A stretch of 64,000 nt of DNA from Candidatus Bathyarchaeota archaeon (GTDB taxonomy: Archaea > Thermoproteota > Bathyarchaeia > 40CM-2-53-6). How positions within the stretch are numbered: the first letter of the stretch is position 1; each line of letters starts with the position of its first letter. Below, in pieces: positions 48,390-58,922 of this stretch. Under the pieces are notes generated by a model. It did not search any database. It was given only the letters and a program-made list of their open reading frames with translations, and was not told the origin of the DNA. The translations under genes were made by a program, and so were the position numbers. Location: positions 43,840-107,839 of the forward strand of contig CAWHWX010000034.1 in NCBI GenBank assembly GCA_963833125.1, written 5' to 3'.

Positions 48390-49619
48390 CTATTGGCTCG
48401 CGATGAAGTCCTTACCTAGAAGTTCTCGTGCCACGATGATTTTCATGATCTCGGTTGATCCTTCTGCTAACATGTAGGATCGTACGCCTCGTAATCCCAT
48501 CTCAATCGGGCAATCGAGTGTGTACCCGTAGGCTCCGAACCATTGCAACACGTCATTTATCACTTCGAAGGCTGTTACCGGTGCCAACATTTTTGCCTCT
48601 GCGATAGATTTGGTGACCTCAAATCTGCCAAACGTTTTGTTTCTCTCTTCCTGATCGTACATCCAGAGCCCTCTGTATGCCAGAAGACGGGCGGCATCTA
48701 CACGGGTGTAGTCTTCTGCGAGCTTGAATTGAACACCCTCAAAACTTCCAATATAGTGACCGAACGCTTTGCGTTGTTTAATGTACTCCATTCCGGAATC
48801 CAATGCAGCCATTGCTGCACCACAACATACGAGTGCAATGATACCGCGAGCAAAGTCGAAGCCTTGCATAGCGTAGTAGAACCCCTTGTTCTCTTCGCCG
48901 AGTCTATTGCCAAGGGGCACGTGAACATTTTTCATTAGAAATCCGCCGGCAGACATGCCTCTTCGACCCATTTCCTCGAGGTAACTTGGAGTCAGACCGT
49001 CGGTATTTTTGAACGGCACGAAGAAGAGTGATATCCCCTTGGTCCCAGCCGAGGGATCAGTTTTGGCTAAGACCATGTATCCGCTACCATCAGACATCTG
49101 CTCGTTAGCTTCCCTGATGCCGCTGATGTACATTTTTTCACCATTCAATATGTACTCATCACCGACCCGTTTCGCAGTGGTGGACATGTTTCCGAGATCG
49201 GATCCTACTCCAGCCTCTGTTGCCGCGATTCCCAGGAAACCTTTGCCCTGAGCAATCTTCGGGAGTGTTTTCTTCTTCAGTTCAGGGGAGCCGAATTTGT
49301 TTAGCACGTGGCTCCACGCGACAGGTACAAGGTAGAGTACTGCTGTAGCGCAGCTTAGATCCGCCCTTCCGATCTCTTCACCCGCTATGCCCGCGGAGAT
49401 GGCATCTGCTGCTGATCCTGAATACTCGGTAGGAATCGATAAGCCGAACAATCCCATCTTGGCCAAGCCGTGAATTATCGAGTCGGGCATGCGTGCGTTT
49501 TGTTCCATTTCTCGTGAATGTGGACTGATTTCTTTGTTACAGAACTCTCTCACGATCTTGCGGAATAGTTCATGCTCTGGGCTGAAGTTGAAATCCACTT
49601 CTTCTGCCTCGCTCGGCAT
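48390..49619 (-). CDS. Acyl-CoA dehydrogenase
   Basis: TEAGVGSD, LNGEKMYIS, RKAFG, FGAYGY, AEGSTEIMK. Confidence 0.92.
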   Translation of the reverse strand: MPSEAEEVDFNFSPEHELFRKIVREFCNKEISPHSREMEQNARMPDSIIHGLAKMGLFGLSIPTEYSGSAADAISAGIAGEEIGRADLSCATAVLYLVPVAWSHVLNKFGSPELKKKTLPKIAQGKGFLGIAATEAGVGSDLGNMSTTAKRVGDEYILNGEKMYISGIREANEQMSDGSGYMVLAKTDPSAGTKGISLFFVPFKNTDGLTPSYLEEMGRRGMSAGGFLMKNVHVPLGNRLGEENKGFYYAMQGFDFARGIIALVCCGAAMAALDSGMEYIKQRKAFGHYIGSFEGVQFKLAEDYTRVDAARLLAYRGLWMYDQEERNKTFGRFEVTKSIAEAKMLAPVTAFEVINDVLQWFGAYGYTLDCPIEMGLRGVRSYMLAEGSTEIMKIIVARELLGKDFIASQ

Positions 49620-49703
49620 GGGCGAACGGCGGCGATATGGATGCTTTGTTCATAGAGTAGCTAGATTACAAACTATGTTGAAGCTTACTTTGCCTTGCCG
49701 AAT

Positions 49704-50027
49704 CTAACGAACTATGGTTCCAGGTGGGACCTCTTCCGCTACAGTCAACCAAACGGGTTTGCCTTGGTGATCTGCGGCTAGTAACATGACCTCGGACTGC
49801 ACTCCTGCAATCGTCTTCGGTTGCATGTTAGTCAAGACTACCACTTGCTTTCCGATGAAGCTGCTCGGCTCATAGAATTCTGCCCCGCCCGCGATTGCTT
49901 GTGCAGTCCTATCCCCAATGTCGACTTGAACCTTGAGAATTTTCTTCATGTTCGGAATCCTTTCGGCGCCAGTTATCTTACCCACTTTGAATGAAAGTTT
50001 TTGGAAGTCACTGAATGAGACGCTCAT
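49704..50027 (-). CDS. tRNA-binding OB-fold protein (Trbp111/CsaA/MetRS C-terminal type)
   Basis: FSDFQKL..KVGKI, NMQPKTIAGVQSEVMLLAA. Confidence 0.85.
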   Translation of the reverse strand: MSVSFSDFQKLSFKVGKITGAERIPNMKKILKVQVDIGDRTAQAIAGGAEFYEPSSFIGKQVVVLTNMQPKTIAGVQSEVMLLAADHQGKPVWLTVAEEVPPGTIVR

Positions 50028-50043
50028 AATCTCGGCCCCTAAG

Positions 50044-50979
50044 TTATTTCTTTAGTGTCCTTATGAGTTCCTCTGCCACCATCGTGCTCTCCAGCCGTTG
50101 GCATTCAATTGTCTGTGCGCCGATGTGCGATGTACACACCACGTTAGGTAGCGCAACTAGTTCCTTCTCCCAAGCGTCCTTAGGTGGTTCAGTGTGAAAC
50201 ACGTCAAGACCTGCGCCCGCCAGTTTGCCTGATTTGAGAGCTTGCAACAGCGCCTGCCCGTCAATAATGTCGCCCCTTGACGGGTTGACCACAACCGCCC
50301 CGTCCCGCATATTCGTGATTGTCTTTGAGTTGATGAGATAATGGGTCGATGGAAGATATGGGACATGGATTGTGACGATATCCGATCCGCCAAGGAGGTC
50401 CTCAACCTTCCCAACTGCACGAAACCCTAAGGTGCGCGCTTTCTCAGTAAGATCCAGAACATCATAACCGATCACTTTCGTTTCGAAACCCTGTAAGCAG
50501 ATTCTAGCCACTTCCAGGCCGATTCGGCCGGCTGCACCGACGACTCCTACAGTTTTGCCCTTGAGTTCCCTACCCATCAGCTCGGACTTCGCCCATTTGC
50601 CCTCTTTCATGGCTCGATCTGCAAATGATATCTTTCGAAGTACCGCCAAGACTAGCCCAACCGTTAATTCAGCTACGCTGGTCGTGGGTGCGGCGGGTGT
50701 TGAGATTATTTTAATTGTTTTCTTGCGGGCAGCTTCCAAGTCGATGTTATCCAGTCCAACCCCCGATCTGGCCACCGCCCGAAGCTTCACACCAGCATTG
50801 ATGATGGCGCTGGTCACCTTAGTGCGCCCGCGAACAACTAAAGCGTCGAAGTCGGGTATGACGTTCATTAATTGCTCTGGCGTGAGGTTAGATTCCACTC
50901 TAACCTCGAAGCCCGACGCTTTCATCGAAGCGATACCGTCTTCATGAATTGGGTCCGTGACAAGTATTTTGGCCGTCAT
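50044..50979 (-). CDS. D-2-hydroxyacid dehydrogenase (short SerA-like 3-phosphoglycerate dehydrogenase)
   Basis: RSGVGLDNID, SVAEL, ELKGKTVG, SRG, AGLDVF..EP, HIGAQT. Confidence 0.85.
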   Translation of the reverse strand: MTAKILVTDPIHEDGIASMKASGFEVRVESNLTPEQLMNVIPDFDALVVRGRTKVTSAIINAGVKLRAVARSGVGLDNIDLEAARKKTIKIISTPAAPTTSVAELTVGLVLAVLRKISFADRAMKEGKWAKSELMGRELKGKTVGVVGAAGRIGLEVARICLQGFETKVIGYDVLDLTEKARTLGFRAVGKVEDLLGGSDIVTIHVPYLPSTHYLINSKTITNMRDGAVVVNPSRGDIIDGQALLQALKSGKLAGAGLDVFHTEPPKDAWEKELVALPNVVCTSHIGAQTIECQRLESTMVAEELIRTLKK

Positions 50980-51086
50980 TTTGAAATCAAACCTGTGAGA
51001 GCTTTGCGAATACTAATATGAACTTCTGGTAGGTTTCAAAGGTGGATTAATCAAGAGCCGATTTACCCATCTACAGGAGGCTTAGT

Positions 51087-51524
51087 ATGTCTTCCAATCT
51101 TGACCGTGTAATTGAGAAAGTTCTCGGAATGAAAACTATTGCTGTGGTCGGCCTATCCAAAGACCCGGCGAAGCCAAGCCACGACGTGGCGAAGTTCTTG
51201 CAAAGCCACGGCTATCGCATCGTGCCAATCAACCCAACCGTTGATGAGGTGTTAGGCGAGAAGTCATATCCATCCTTACTCAATCTTCCAATCGAACTGC
51301 AGCGTGAGATCGAAGTTGTCGACATCTTTAGACGATCAGAAGACGTGCCACAGATAGTCACCGAAGCCGTACAGCTCCACAGCAACGTGGGACGACCGAA
51401 GGCTGTGTGGATGCAACTGGGAATAGTCAACGAGGATGCTGCAACTGCAGCAGCGAAAGCGGGAATGGACGTTGTTATGGATAGATGTATGAAGATCGAG
51501 CTTAGCCGGCGCCTCAAAACCTAA
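51087..51524 (+). CDS. CoA-binding protein
   Basis: IAVVGLS, VPINP, VVDIFR, WMQLGI, VVMDRCMKIE. Confidence 0.9.
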   Translation: MSSNLDRVIEKVLGMKTIAVVGLSKDPAKPSHDVAKFLQSHGYRIVPINPTVDEVLGEKSYPSLLNLPIELQREIEVVDIFRRSEDVPQIVTEAVQLHSNVGRPKAVWMQLGIVNEDAATAAAKAGMDVVMDRCMKIELSRRLKT

Positions 51525-51612
51525 CCCGTTTCCTGCCAGTGGTTTCCGCCGATTGTCCTTGGAAGGGAGCTTTTTTATTCATAGGGAGTAGAAAGCTACG
51601 TGTTGATTTTAG

Positions 51613-52401
51613 ATGCGGCCTACAAAAATGTCACCTTTCCTACTGAAAGGTAAGGGAATGTTGCTTGCTTATGATCAAGGGCTAGAGCACGGGCCGTCCA
51701 AGGATTTCAATCAGAAGAGTGTCGATCCCGAGTACATTCTCGATATTGCGTGGAAGGGCAATTTCACTGGACTCATCTTTCAGAAAGGGGTCGCAGAGAA
51801 ATATTACGATGGAAAAGTACCGCTCATTATCAAGGTCAACGGCAAGACAAGTCTGCCAAAAGGAGAACCGATAGCTAGTCAAATTTGCAGCGTAAAGCAA
51901 GCAAAAGCCCTGGGCGCCAGAGCCGTTGGGTACACGATCTACCTGGGCAGTGCCCACGAGAACCTCATGTTACAAGAATTTGGGAGAATTCAGGAAGAAG
52001 CACACGAGATGGGCCTAGCCGCTATCGCATGGATATACCCCAGAGGGGAAGCTGTGCCCAACGACACGACCCCCGAAATAATTGCCTATGCAGCGCGGGC
52101 TGGACTCGAAGCTGGCGCCGACGCGGTCAAGATCAAGTACACAGGCGACTCGGAGACTTTCAAATGGGCCGTAAAGTCTGCAGGGACCGTAAGAGTATTC
52201 ATGTCAGGAGGCCCGAAGGCCCCCACGGATGAAGCGTTCCTAACTCAAGTCAAAGGAGTCATGGACGCAGGAGCCACTGGGTTGGCAGTTGGGAGAAACG
52301 TTTGGCAACACGAACGCCCCCTAAGGATGGCCGCGGCGCTAAGAGAAATAATAATCAACGGCCAAACCGTCGAGACAGCACTCAAGAAACTCACCCGGTA
52401 A
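51613..52401 (+). CDS. fba: Class I fructose-bisphosphate aldolase (archaeal DhnA type)
   Basis: LAYDQGLEHGP, WIYPRG, AYAAR, ADAVKIKY, SGGPK, GLAVGRNVWQ. Confidence 0.9.
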   Translation: MRPTKMSPFLLKGKGMLLAYDQGLEHGPSKDFNQKSVDPEYILDIAWKGNFTGLIFQKGVAEKYYDGKVPLIIKVNGKTSLPKGEPIASQICSVKQAKALGARAVGYTIYLGSAHENLMLQEFGRIQEEAHEMGLAAIAWIYPRGEAVPNDTTPEIIAYAARAGLEAGADAVKIKYTGDSETFKWAVKSAGTVRVFMSGGPKAPTDEAFLTQVKGVMDAGATGLAVGRNVWQHERPLRMAAALREIIINGQTVETALKKLTR

Positions 52402-52417
52402 CAAACTATTGCCCGGA

Positions 52418-53502
52418 ATGAGCCTCGGCGAAATACTAAGGGAAGAGGACGAGAGTCTTCGAAAACTCATTCTCTTTCTCGCTGGTCAAAAGATGATGTA
52501 AGAATGGTCCAGTTCGAAGAAACAGTAATGGGGTTCTTGCTTGACCACCAGGAGAAGCATCATCGTACACATCACTTCCTCATATTGATGGATGCGTTGA
52601 TCAGTGCTGCCAAGCATATCGAACACTCCTACTTGACAGGAGCGTTGAAAGGGAACGTTGGATTGGCAGGCAACGTGAACGTTCAGGGTGAAGATGTTTT
52701 CCGTATGGATCAAATCGCCCAGGAGATTACGCTCCACCATCTACGGGCTTCCCGGCGCGTGATTCATGCAATCAGCGAAGAATCAGAGGAAATTGTTCAG
52801 ATCAATCCCGACGGACGCTATTTCGTCTATTTCGACCCTCTCGACGGTTCCTCAAACGTCCCACATGGTTTACCTGTCGGCTTCATGTTCGGCGTTGCAA
52901 AGAAGAATTTGGATGGTCCCGAAGACAACCATCTCCGGGCTGGAAGAAACTACATTGCTGCTGGTATGTTCGTTATCCCTACGGGTACCTTCACTCTCGC
53001 GCTCAAAGACGCTGGCGCTTGGCGGTTCCATATTGACGAGACGATGGAATTTGTGAGGCCAACCAGGATTGTTCTCCCTGAGGACAAGAAAGGTTGGGAA
53101 TTATCCTTCAACTCAGCAAATCGACACACTTACTCCAAAGGAGTTCAGAACTGGATCACGCATAATGAGACAAAGTATGCCTTCAGATACATTGGCGCTT
53201 TAGCCCCAGACTTTCACCGCACCCTCACGAATGGTGGTATGTTCATGTATCCCGCCATAGTCAATCATCCAGATCCTCAGAAGAACCGTCCGCAAGGAAA
53301 ACTTCGTCTGATGTATGAAGCAGCTGTTGTTGCTTTCATATGCTCTGAGGCAGGAGGAGCTGCTGTAGATGAGACGGGTACGTCTATCCTTGATGTGCAG
53401 CCAAAGGGCCCGCATCAACGGTCAGCCCTCTATGTCGGTTCAAAGCCACTCGTAGAGGACATTACCCGGTCATTAACACTAGCCAATCCGCCTGTCGCAT
53501 AA
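52418..53502 (+). CDS. fbp: Fructose-1,6-bisphosphatase class I (probable N-terminal frameshift; intact frame from 52504)
   Basis: NVQGE, ISEE, FDPLDGSSN, RYIG...DFHRTL..GG.F.YP, GKLRLMYEA. Confidence 0.85.
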
Positions 53503-53598
53503 TTCGACGTACCGCAAACCACTGAATTCGCGGTTAATAATCAGAGCACAGTAAAAGCGCAGATTGCATAGATCAAATACTGTTGGAGCGCCTAAGAA

Positions 53599-54622
53599 AT
53601 GAAGTTGGGAATCCTGAACGGAGGTGGAGACTGCGCGGGCCTGAACGCTGTCACTAGGGCTGTGGTAAGGAAGAGTGAGCAGTTTGGATACGATGTTATT
53701 GGAATAAAGCACGGATGGGCAGGGCTTCTGGAAATTGATACTATCCCACTAAAGTGGAGCGATGTCGCTCACATGGTCAATCTAGGCGGGACGATTCTCC
53801 ACACAACTCGGACTAATCCCTTCAGCAGAAAAGATGGACCTGAAACGGTTCTAGCCAATGTGAAGAAACTTGGGCTCGATGTTCGTCGTAGCTGTCGGCG
53901 GGGAGGATACTCTCAGCGTCGCCGCCAGGCTCGTTCCAATGGGATTGAAGGTGGTAGGTATACCAAAGACAATCGACAACGATATCGTGGGAACCGATAT
54001 GACATTCGGATTCGATTCGGCGGTCAACGTTACGGTCGAGGCGATTGACAGGATCCAGACAACAGGTTCTTCACATGACAGGATAATGGTTGTTGAGGTG
54101 ATGGGCCGGCACGCTGGATGGATCGCCGCCTACGCTGGTGTGGCAAGTGGAGCGAACCTCATACTAGTCCCCGAGGAACCATTCAATCTGGACGAAGTCG
54201 CAAACTTTCTCAAGATGAGACATGCGGCTGGAGCAAACGCCTCCGTCGTTGTTGTAGGCGAAGGCTGCAGCCTCAAGGGCTTACCAACAGGCGATACAGC
54301 CAAAGTGGATGAGTTTGGGCATCCCCGTTTAGGCGGAATTGGAGACCTGCTGGCTAAAGAGATTGAGAAACGTACGGGAATTGAAACGCGGGTCGTAGTC
54401 TTAGGCCATGTGGTTAGAGGTGGAGCACCTTCCGCTTACGACCGCATACTCGCTACCCGCCTCGCTGTCGCTGCAGTGCACGCGATAAAGAACGGAGAAT
54501 CTGGTGTCATGGTTTGTCTTCGCGGTAGTGCAATCACTCAAGTGCCATTAACCGAAATACTAGGCAAGACGAAGCAACTCGACAAGGAAACAATATCCTT
54601 AGCGAAGGACTTCTCTGTATGA
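53599..54622 (+). CDS. pfp: PfkA-family 6-phosphofructokinase, predicted PPi-dependent (frameshift near 53882)
   Basis: GGGDCAGLN, GGTIL, GGEDT, PKTIDND, EVMGRHAGW, LGHVVRGG. Confidence 0.85.
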
Positions 54623-54641
54623 GTCGAAGTGGAAGACCAAC

Positions 54642-55328
54642 ATGTCTCAGTCCGAACCATTCTTGCTGATTAACTTCAAAACTTACCTTGAGGCGACCGG
54701 GAAAAAAGCCGTTGAACTCGCCCGCAAAATGGAGAAGGTTAGCAAAGAGACGGGCGTCAGAGTGGGTGTGGCGCCGCAATTCTGTGACATAGCGCAAGTT
54801 GCAGCCAGCGTAGAGATTCCTGTCTTCGCCCAACACATAGATGCAATCACTCCAGGCGCCTTTACTGGCCACGTGTTGGCGGAATCGGTTAGTGCGGCGG
54901 GAGCGACGGGAACACTCATCAATCATTCTGAAAGGAACTTGAAACTCCCTGAATTGGAGAAGGCCGTCCAGCATGCTCGTGAAGTGAGGTTGACCACAGT
55001 GGTTTGTGCTGGAACAGCCCGTCTGGGAGCAGCGGTTGCCCTATGCGAGCCAGATATGGTCGCGATAGAGCCTCCAGACTTGATCGGCACGGGGCGCGCC
55101 GTTTCGAAGGAGAACCCGCAGATCTTGACTGACTCGGTAAGAAGAATTCGCAGCGTGAATTCAACGGTAACGATTCTTTGTGGAGCCGGCATCAGTACAG
55201 GCGAGGATGTATACGCCGCCCTCAAACTGGGAACCAATGGAGTGCTTGTAGCGAGTGGTGTGATTAAGTCTCCTAAACCAGAAGAAGTACTCATGGACTT
55301 TTGCAATGCCGTGAACAGATTTACCTAA
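54642..55328 (+). CDS. tpiA: Triosephosphate isomerase (archaeal short type)
   Basis: INFKTY, AQH, INHSE, AIEPPDLIGTG, CGAGI, GVLVASGV. Confidence 0.95.
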   Translation: MSQSEPFLLINFKTYLEATGKKAVELARKMEKVSKETGVRVGVAPQFCDIAQVAASVEIPVFAQHIDAITPGAFTGHVLAESVSAAGATGTLINHSERNLKLPELEKAVQHAREVRLTTVVCAGTARLGAAVALCEPDMVAIEPPDLIGTGRAVSKENPQILTDSVRRIRSVNSTVTILCGAGISTGEDVYAALKLGTNGVLVASGVIKSPKPEEVLMDFCNAVNRFT

Positions 55329-55466
55329 GCTGCGGTGTGCCTTAGATACAATTTATAATAGGTGAAACGTTTCAACGGCACAAAAGTAGACCGTGGCCAT
55401 TAATGAGCTGCATTCCAAAAACTACTCGAAGATAAGCGTGCGTTAGTTAACAAACGCATTGACGAT

Positions 55467-56324
55467 TTGCTTTCTACAGGCTTTGAACAGAGCGAGGCAA
55501 ACGAACTAGTAAAATACACATTCAGAACCGGGGGTAAACGGCTCCGCCCGATCTTAGTGCTCCTCGCTTGCGAGAGCGCCGGAGGTAAGTCAGATCATGC
55601 TTTGGATGCTGCTGCCGCCATGGAATTTGTACACGCAGCCTCCTTAATCTTCGACGACTTGATCGATAAGCATCGCATACGGAGAAGCCTCCCCACTACC
55701 CAACACGCGTTTGCGGACGATAAGGCAATCAGCGCAGGTCTCTTCCTAGCCTCCAAGGGTGTCCAGATACTTTCGGAGTACAAGGATCCGAGGATAACGA
55801 GGCTCGTAGGTTGGGGGCTAGTTGATCTCAGTAAAGGTGAGATATTGGATACCTTAACCGAACTCTCGATAGACATCGAACATTACCTGAATATAGCAGA
55901 TTTGAAAACAGCCTCCCTTTTCAGCGCCGCAGCTGGCATCGGCAGTATCCTCGGCGGAGCTAACGCTCACGACGTAAACTGCCTCTACAACTACGGCAGA
56001 GCCGTAGGAATTGCATTTCAGATCAAGGATGACATCCTAGATCAGTCAGCGGACCCGGTAAGGCAGGAGCGTGTCAACCTCGTCGTCATGCACTACCTCG
56101 ACGAAGCAACAAAGAGGGAACGGATCAGCAATCTTCTTGAGAATACTGAAAAATCCGATAAGCCGCAGATCGCAGAACTCTATGAGAAAGCGCTTCAGTT
56201 CGCCCTGAAGGTATCTAGGGAACATGTAGAGAAGGCGAAAGCAGAGTTGAAATCTTTGCAGGATCCGAATAAGAGCAAACTGTTAGAAGATTTCGCCGAT
56301 TACTCTCTGGAACGATCGTTTTAG
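55467..56324 (+). CDS. Polyprenyl diphosphate synthase (true start probably near 55400)
   Basis: GGKRLRP, DDLID..RR, KTASLF, AFQIKDDILD. Confidence 0.88.
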   Translation: MLSTGFEQSEANELVKYTFRTGGKRLRPILVLLACESAGGKSDHALDAAAAMEFVHAASLIFDDLIDKHRIRRSLPTTQHAFADDKAISAGLFLASKGVQILSEYKDPRITRLVGWGLVDLSKGEILDTLTELSIDIEHYLNIADLKTASLFSAAAGIGSILGGANAHDVNCLYNYGRAVGIAFQIKDDILDQSADPVRQERVNLVVMHYLDEATKRERISNLLENTEKSDKPQIAELYEKALQFALKVSREHVEKAKAELKSLQDPNKSKLLEDFADYSLERSF

Positions 56325-56330
56325 TCGCAG

Positions 56331-56483
56331 TTAGGCTTCCGTCGTGTAATCGGTTCCGCATGTGCTGCATTTCCATTTCCACAGCACCTTCCCCTCCTTG
56401 AACACGAGTTCGGACTCTGCTGGAACTTGTTTCTTGCATTTCGTACACCAGAAGTGAGTTGTACCAGCAGAGTGCCAAGCCAA
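56331..56483 (-). CDS. 50-aa zinc-ribbon microprotein (not in ORF track)
   Basis: MAWHSAGTTHFWCTKCKKQVPAESELVFKEGKVLWKWKCSTCGTDYTTEA; two CxxC pairs; GAGG upstream of TTG. Confidence 0.6.
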   Translation of the reverse strand: MAWHSAGTTHFWCTKCKKQVPAESELVFKEGKVLWKWKCSTCGTDYTTEA

Positions 56484-56685
56484 ATTCGTTCGCCTCAACG
56501 GGACCTTGCAGATGTTTCCTATTCTGTTCAGGGTCTTTAGCGAGCGCTAATATTTCTTGCTACTTAAGAGAATACCTGCAATGAGACCTAAATCCTCTAA
56601 TGAACCAGCCCATGATTCGCATGATTTATATTCGGTTGGTTTCAGTCACACGGCGATTCGTCTGAGTCCATTACAGTGACTGGTC

Positions 56686-57048
56686 TTGGCTCTCAACCCA
56701 TGGTTGCTAATCACAATCTGGGCAGTCATCATAATCATTCTCACGGGACCCCTGCTTACCCTGCCGATGTTCTGGTCTAGAAGAAAACCAGACCCGTTTC
56801 GCGATATGCCATTCGAATCGGGGCAAGTCCCGCAAGGCGAAGCCAGAACGCGACTCGTAATGCAATACTACCCATACCTCCTAATGTTCGTGGTTTTTGA
56901 CGTCGTTGGAATGTTCCTTTTCGCTTGGGGTATGAGTTTCAATCAAATATCATTCAACGACTCGATGTTAGTGGTGCTATTCCTAGTGCTCTTAGGAGCT
57001 CCCTTGGGTTATGCGCTGAAGTTAGCTCTTCGTCGGGAGAATTGGTAG
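56686..57048 (+). CDS. nuoA: Complex I-like subunit A
   Basis: PFESG, QYYPYLLMFVVFDV. Confidence 0.88.
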   Translation: MALNPWLLITIWAVIIIILTGPLLTLPMFWSRRKPDPFRDMPFESGQVPQGEARTRLVMQYYPYLLMFVVFDVVGMFLFAWGMSFNQISFNDSMLVVLFLVLLGAPLGYALKLALRRENW

Positions 57049-57049
57049 A

Positions 57050-58081
57050 TTGGTCAACCTTCCCACTACCCCGGCCGACATTCTCCCTTTCATTATCGCG
57101 GTCATAACCTCACATACCTTCATCACGGTCGTGATTTTTCCCGGTTTCATACATCTGATGATCGTGGTTATGTTTCTGACTTGGTACGAACGAAAACTTT
57201 TGGCAAGAATACAGTTGCGTATTGGGCCGTTGTACGCGGGAGGGCCGGGAGGAATACTGCAACCGATAGCTGATGGCGTCAAATTAATTTTCAAAGAAGT
57301 CATGATTCCGTACAAGGCGGATAAACCACTTTTCCTCGGCATTCCGCTTATGCTCGTCCTCTTGGGAGCCGTGCCTTTCGCCGTGATTCCCTTCGGTCAA
57401 CACTGGGTCATCGCGAACTTGGACGTTGGCTTAGTCTTCGTCTTCGCCATGACGTCCCTCTTCCCAAGCATGATACTCATCTTCGCGTGGGCAAGCAACA
57501 GCAAATACCCTTTCCTGGGAGGCCTCCGATCCCTGTTTCAGCAAGTAGCATACGAAATTCCAATGTGGATCTCGGCGTTGAGCATCGTGATGCTTGCCGG
57601 CTCCCTCAACCTCACAGACATCGTCAACGCTCAACACAAGATCTGGTTCATCATTCCAGCCTTTCTATCCTTCATCGTCTTCTTCATCGCAACTATGGCA
57701 GAGCTTGAGAGATTACCATTCGACCTCCCCGAGGCCGAGCCTGAACTTGTGGCAGGCTGGTTCACGGAATCGAGCGGGGCGATCTTTATGGTCATATTTC
57801 TAGCTCTCTACATGAAATTGTACCTGATGTCATCGCTAATTACCGTACTATTCTTGGGCGGATGGTGGGGGCCAGCCTTTCTACCGCAACCAGTCTGGTT
57901 CATAATGAAAACATTGGTCGTTGCAACTTTCATCATAATACCGCGTGGAGTTTATCCGCGGCTCCGAGTTGACCTCTTAATCAAGATAGGCTGGACAAGA
58001 TTGCTAGTTATCGCCATCGCGAATGTTTTCTTAACCGTCGTACTCCTTAACACCGGTGTCCTAGCAGCGTGGGGAATCTGA
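57050..58081 (+). CDS. nuoH: Complex I-like subunit H
   Basis: ERKLLARIQLRIGP, QPIADGVKL, ERLPFDLPEAEPELVAG, YPRLRVD. Confidence 0.93.
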   Translation: MVNLPTTPADILPFIIAVITSHTFITVVIFPGFIHLMIVVMFLTWYERKLLARIQLRIGPLYAGGPGGILQPIADGVKLIFKEVMIPYKADKPLFLGIPLMLVLLGAVPFAVIPFGQHWVIANLDVGLVFVFAMTSLFPSMILIFAWASNSKYPFLGGLRSLFQQVAYEIPMWISALSIVMLAGSLNLTDIVNAQHKIWFIIPAFLSFIVFFIATMAELERLPFDLPEAEPELVAGWFTESSGAIFMVIFLALYMKLYLMSSLITVLFLGGWWGPAFLPQPVWFIMKTLVVATFIIIPRGVYPRLRVDLLIKIGWTRLLVIAIANVFLTVVLLNTGVLAAWGI

Positions 58082-58082
58082 A

Positions 58083-58601
58083 TTGGTAGGCATCGCCTTA
58101 GAAATTCCTCCCGACGTAACATTTGTAATACTAACGACAATTACGCTGCTCGCGGCTATCCTCGCCTTACAGGCAAAGGAGCTCATCTATGGAGCCGTGG
58201 CGCTCGCAATCAGTTTCATAGGCATCGCTGGGTTCTTCGTTTTTCTCGACGCGCCCTATTTGGCGATGCTGCAGATAGCCGTGTATGTAGGCGCCGTGGT
58301 TGTTCTAATCCTCTTTACAATCATGCTTGTGCGGCGTGAGAAAGATGAACCGGTTGAGAAACCCGAAGCTGGACAAGGCGCCGTGGGGTTGTGGATTGCA
58401 GGTCTACTCGCAGTATCAATAGCGGGTGTGGCAGCATTAGCGGGACCGAACCTTCCTCAGTCGATACAACCGGCCGATTTGCCCGTATCACAACTTGGAC
58501 CAGTGCTCGCCGGGGATTATCCAGTGCCGCTCATCATACTCGCATTACTGCTCTCGGCTGCCTTGCTCGGCGCGCTTGTTCTCGCGAAGGTCGAAAGGTG
58601 A
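58083..58601 (+). CDS. nuoJ: Complex I-like subunit J
   Basis: LAMLQIAVYVGAVVVLILFTIML. Confidence 0.88.
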   Translation: MVGIALEIPPDVTFVILTTITLLAAILALQAKELIYGAVALAISFIGIAGFFVFLDAPYLAMLQIAVYVGAVVVLILFTIMLVRREKDEPVEKPEAGQGAVGLWIAGLLAVSIAGVAALAGPNLPQSIQPADLPVSQLGPVLAGDYPVPLIILALLLSAALLGALVLAKVER

Positions 58602-58607
58602 GAGACC

Positions 58608-58916
58608 ATGCCCACCCTAGTTAGCTTCATCATAGTCTCCGCTGCTCTACTAGGGATTGGAATCTACGGCCTCAGTGTAAAGCGAAGTGCAATTCGTATT
58701 CTTTTTGCCGTTGAACTCATCGTTAACGCCGCGAATCTCAACTTTGTTGCGTTCACCCGATACATGAACCCACCACAGGTTTCGGGACAGGTCATCGTAT
58801 TCTATTCGATTGCTGCAGCTGCAATGGAGGCCGCGGTAGGTTTGGCGCTCATTCTTGTGGCTTTCAGGCTCAATGCATCAATTGACGTCAGGAAATTAGA
58901 CAAACTGAAGGGATAG
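58608..58916 (+). CDS. nuoK: Complex I-like subunit K
   Basis: ELIVNAANLNFV, AAAMEAAVGLAL, LKG. Confidence 0.92.
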   Translation: MPTLVSFIIVSAALLGIGIYGLSVKRSAIRILFAVELIVNAANLNFVAFTRYMNPPQVSGQVIVFYSIAAAAMEAAVGLALILVAFRLNASIDVRKLDKLKG

Positions 58917-58922
58917 GCACCA

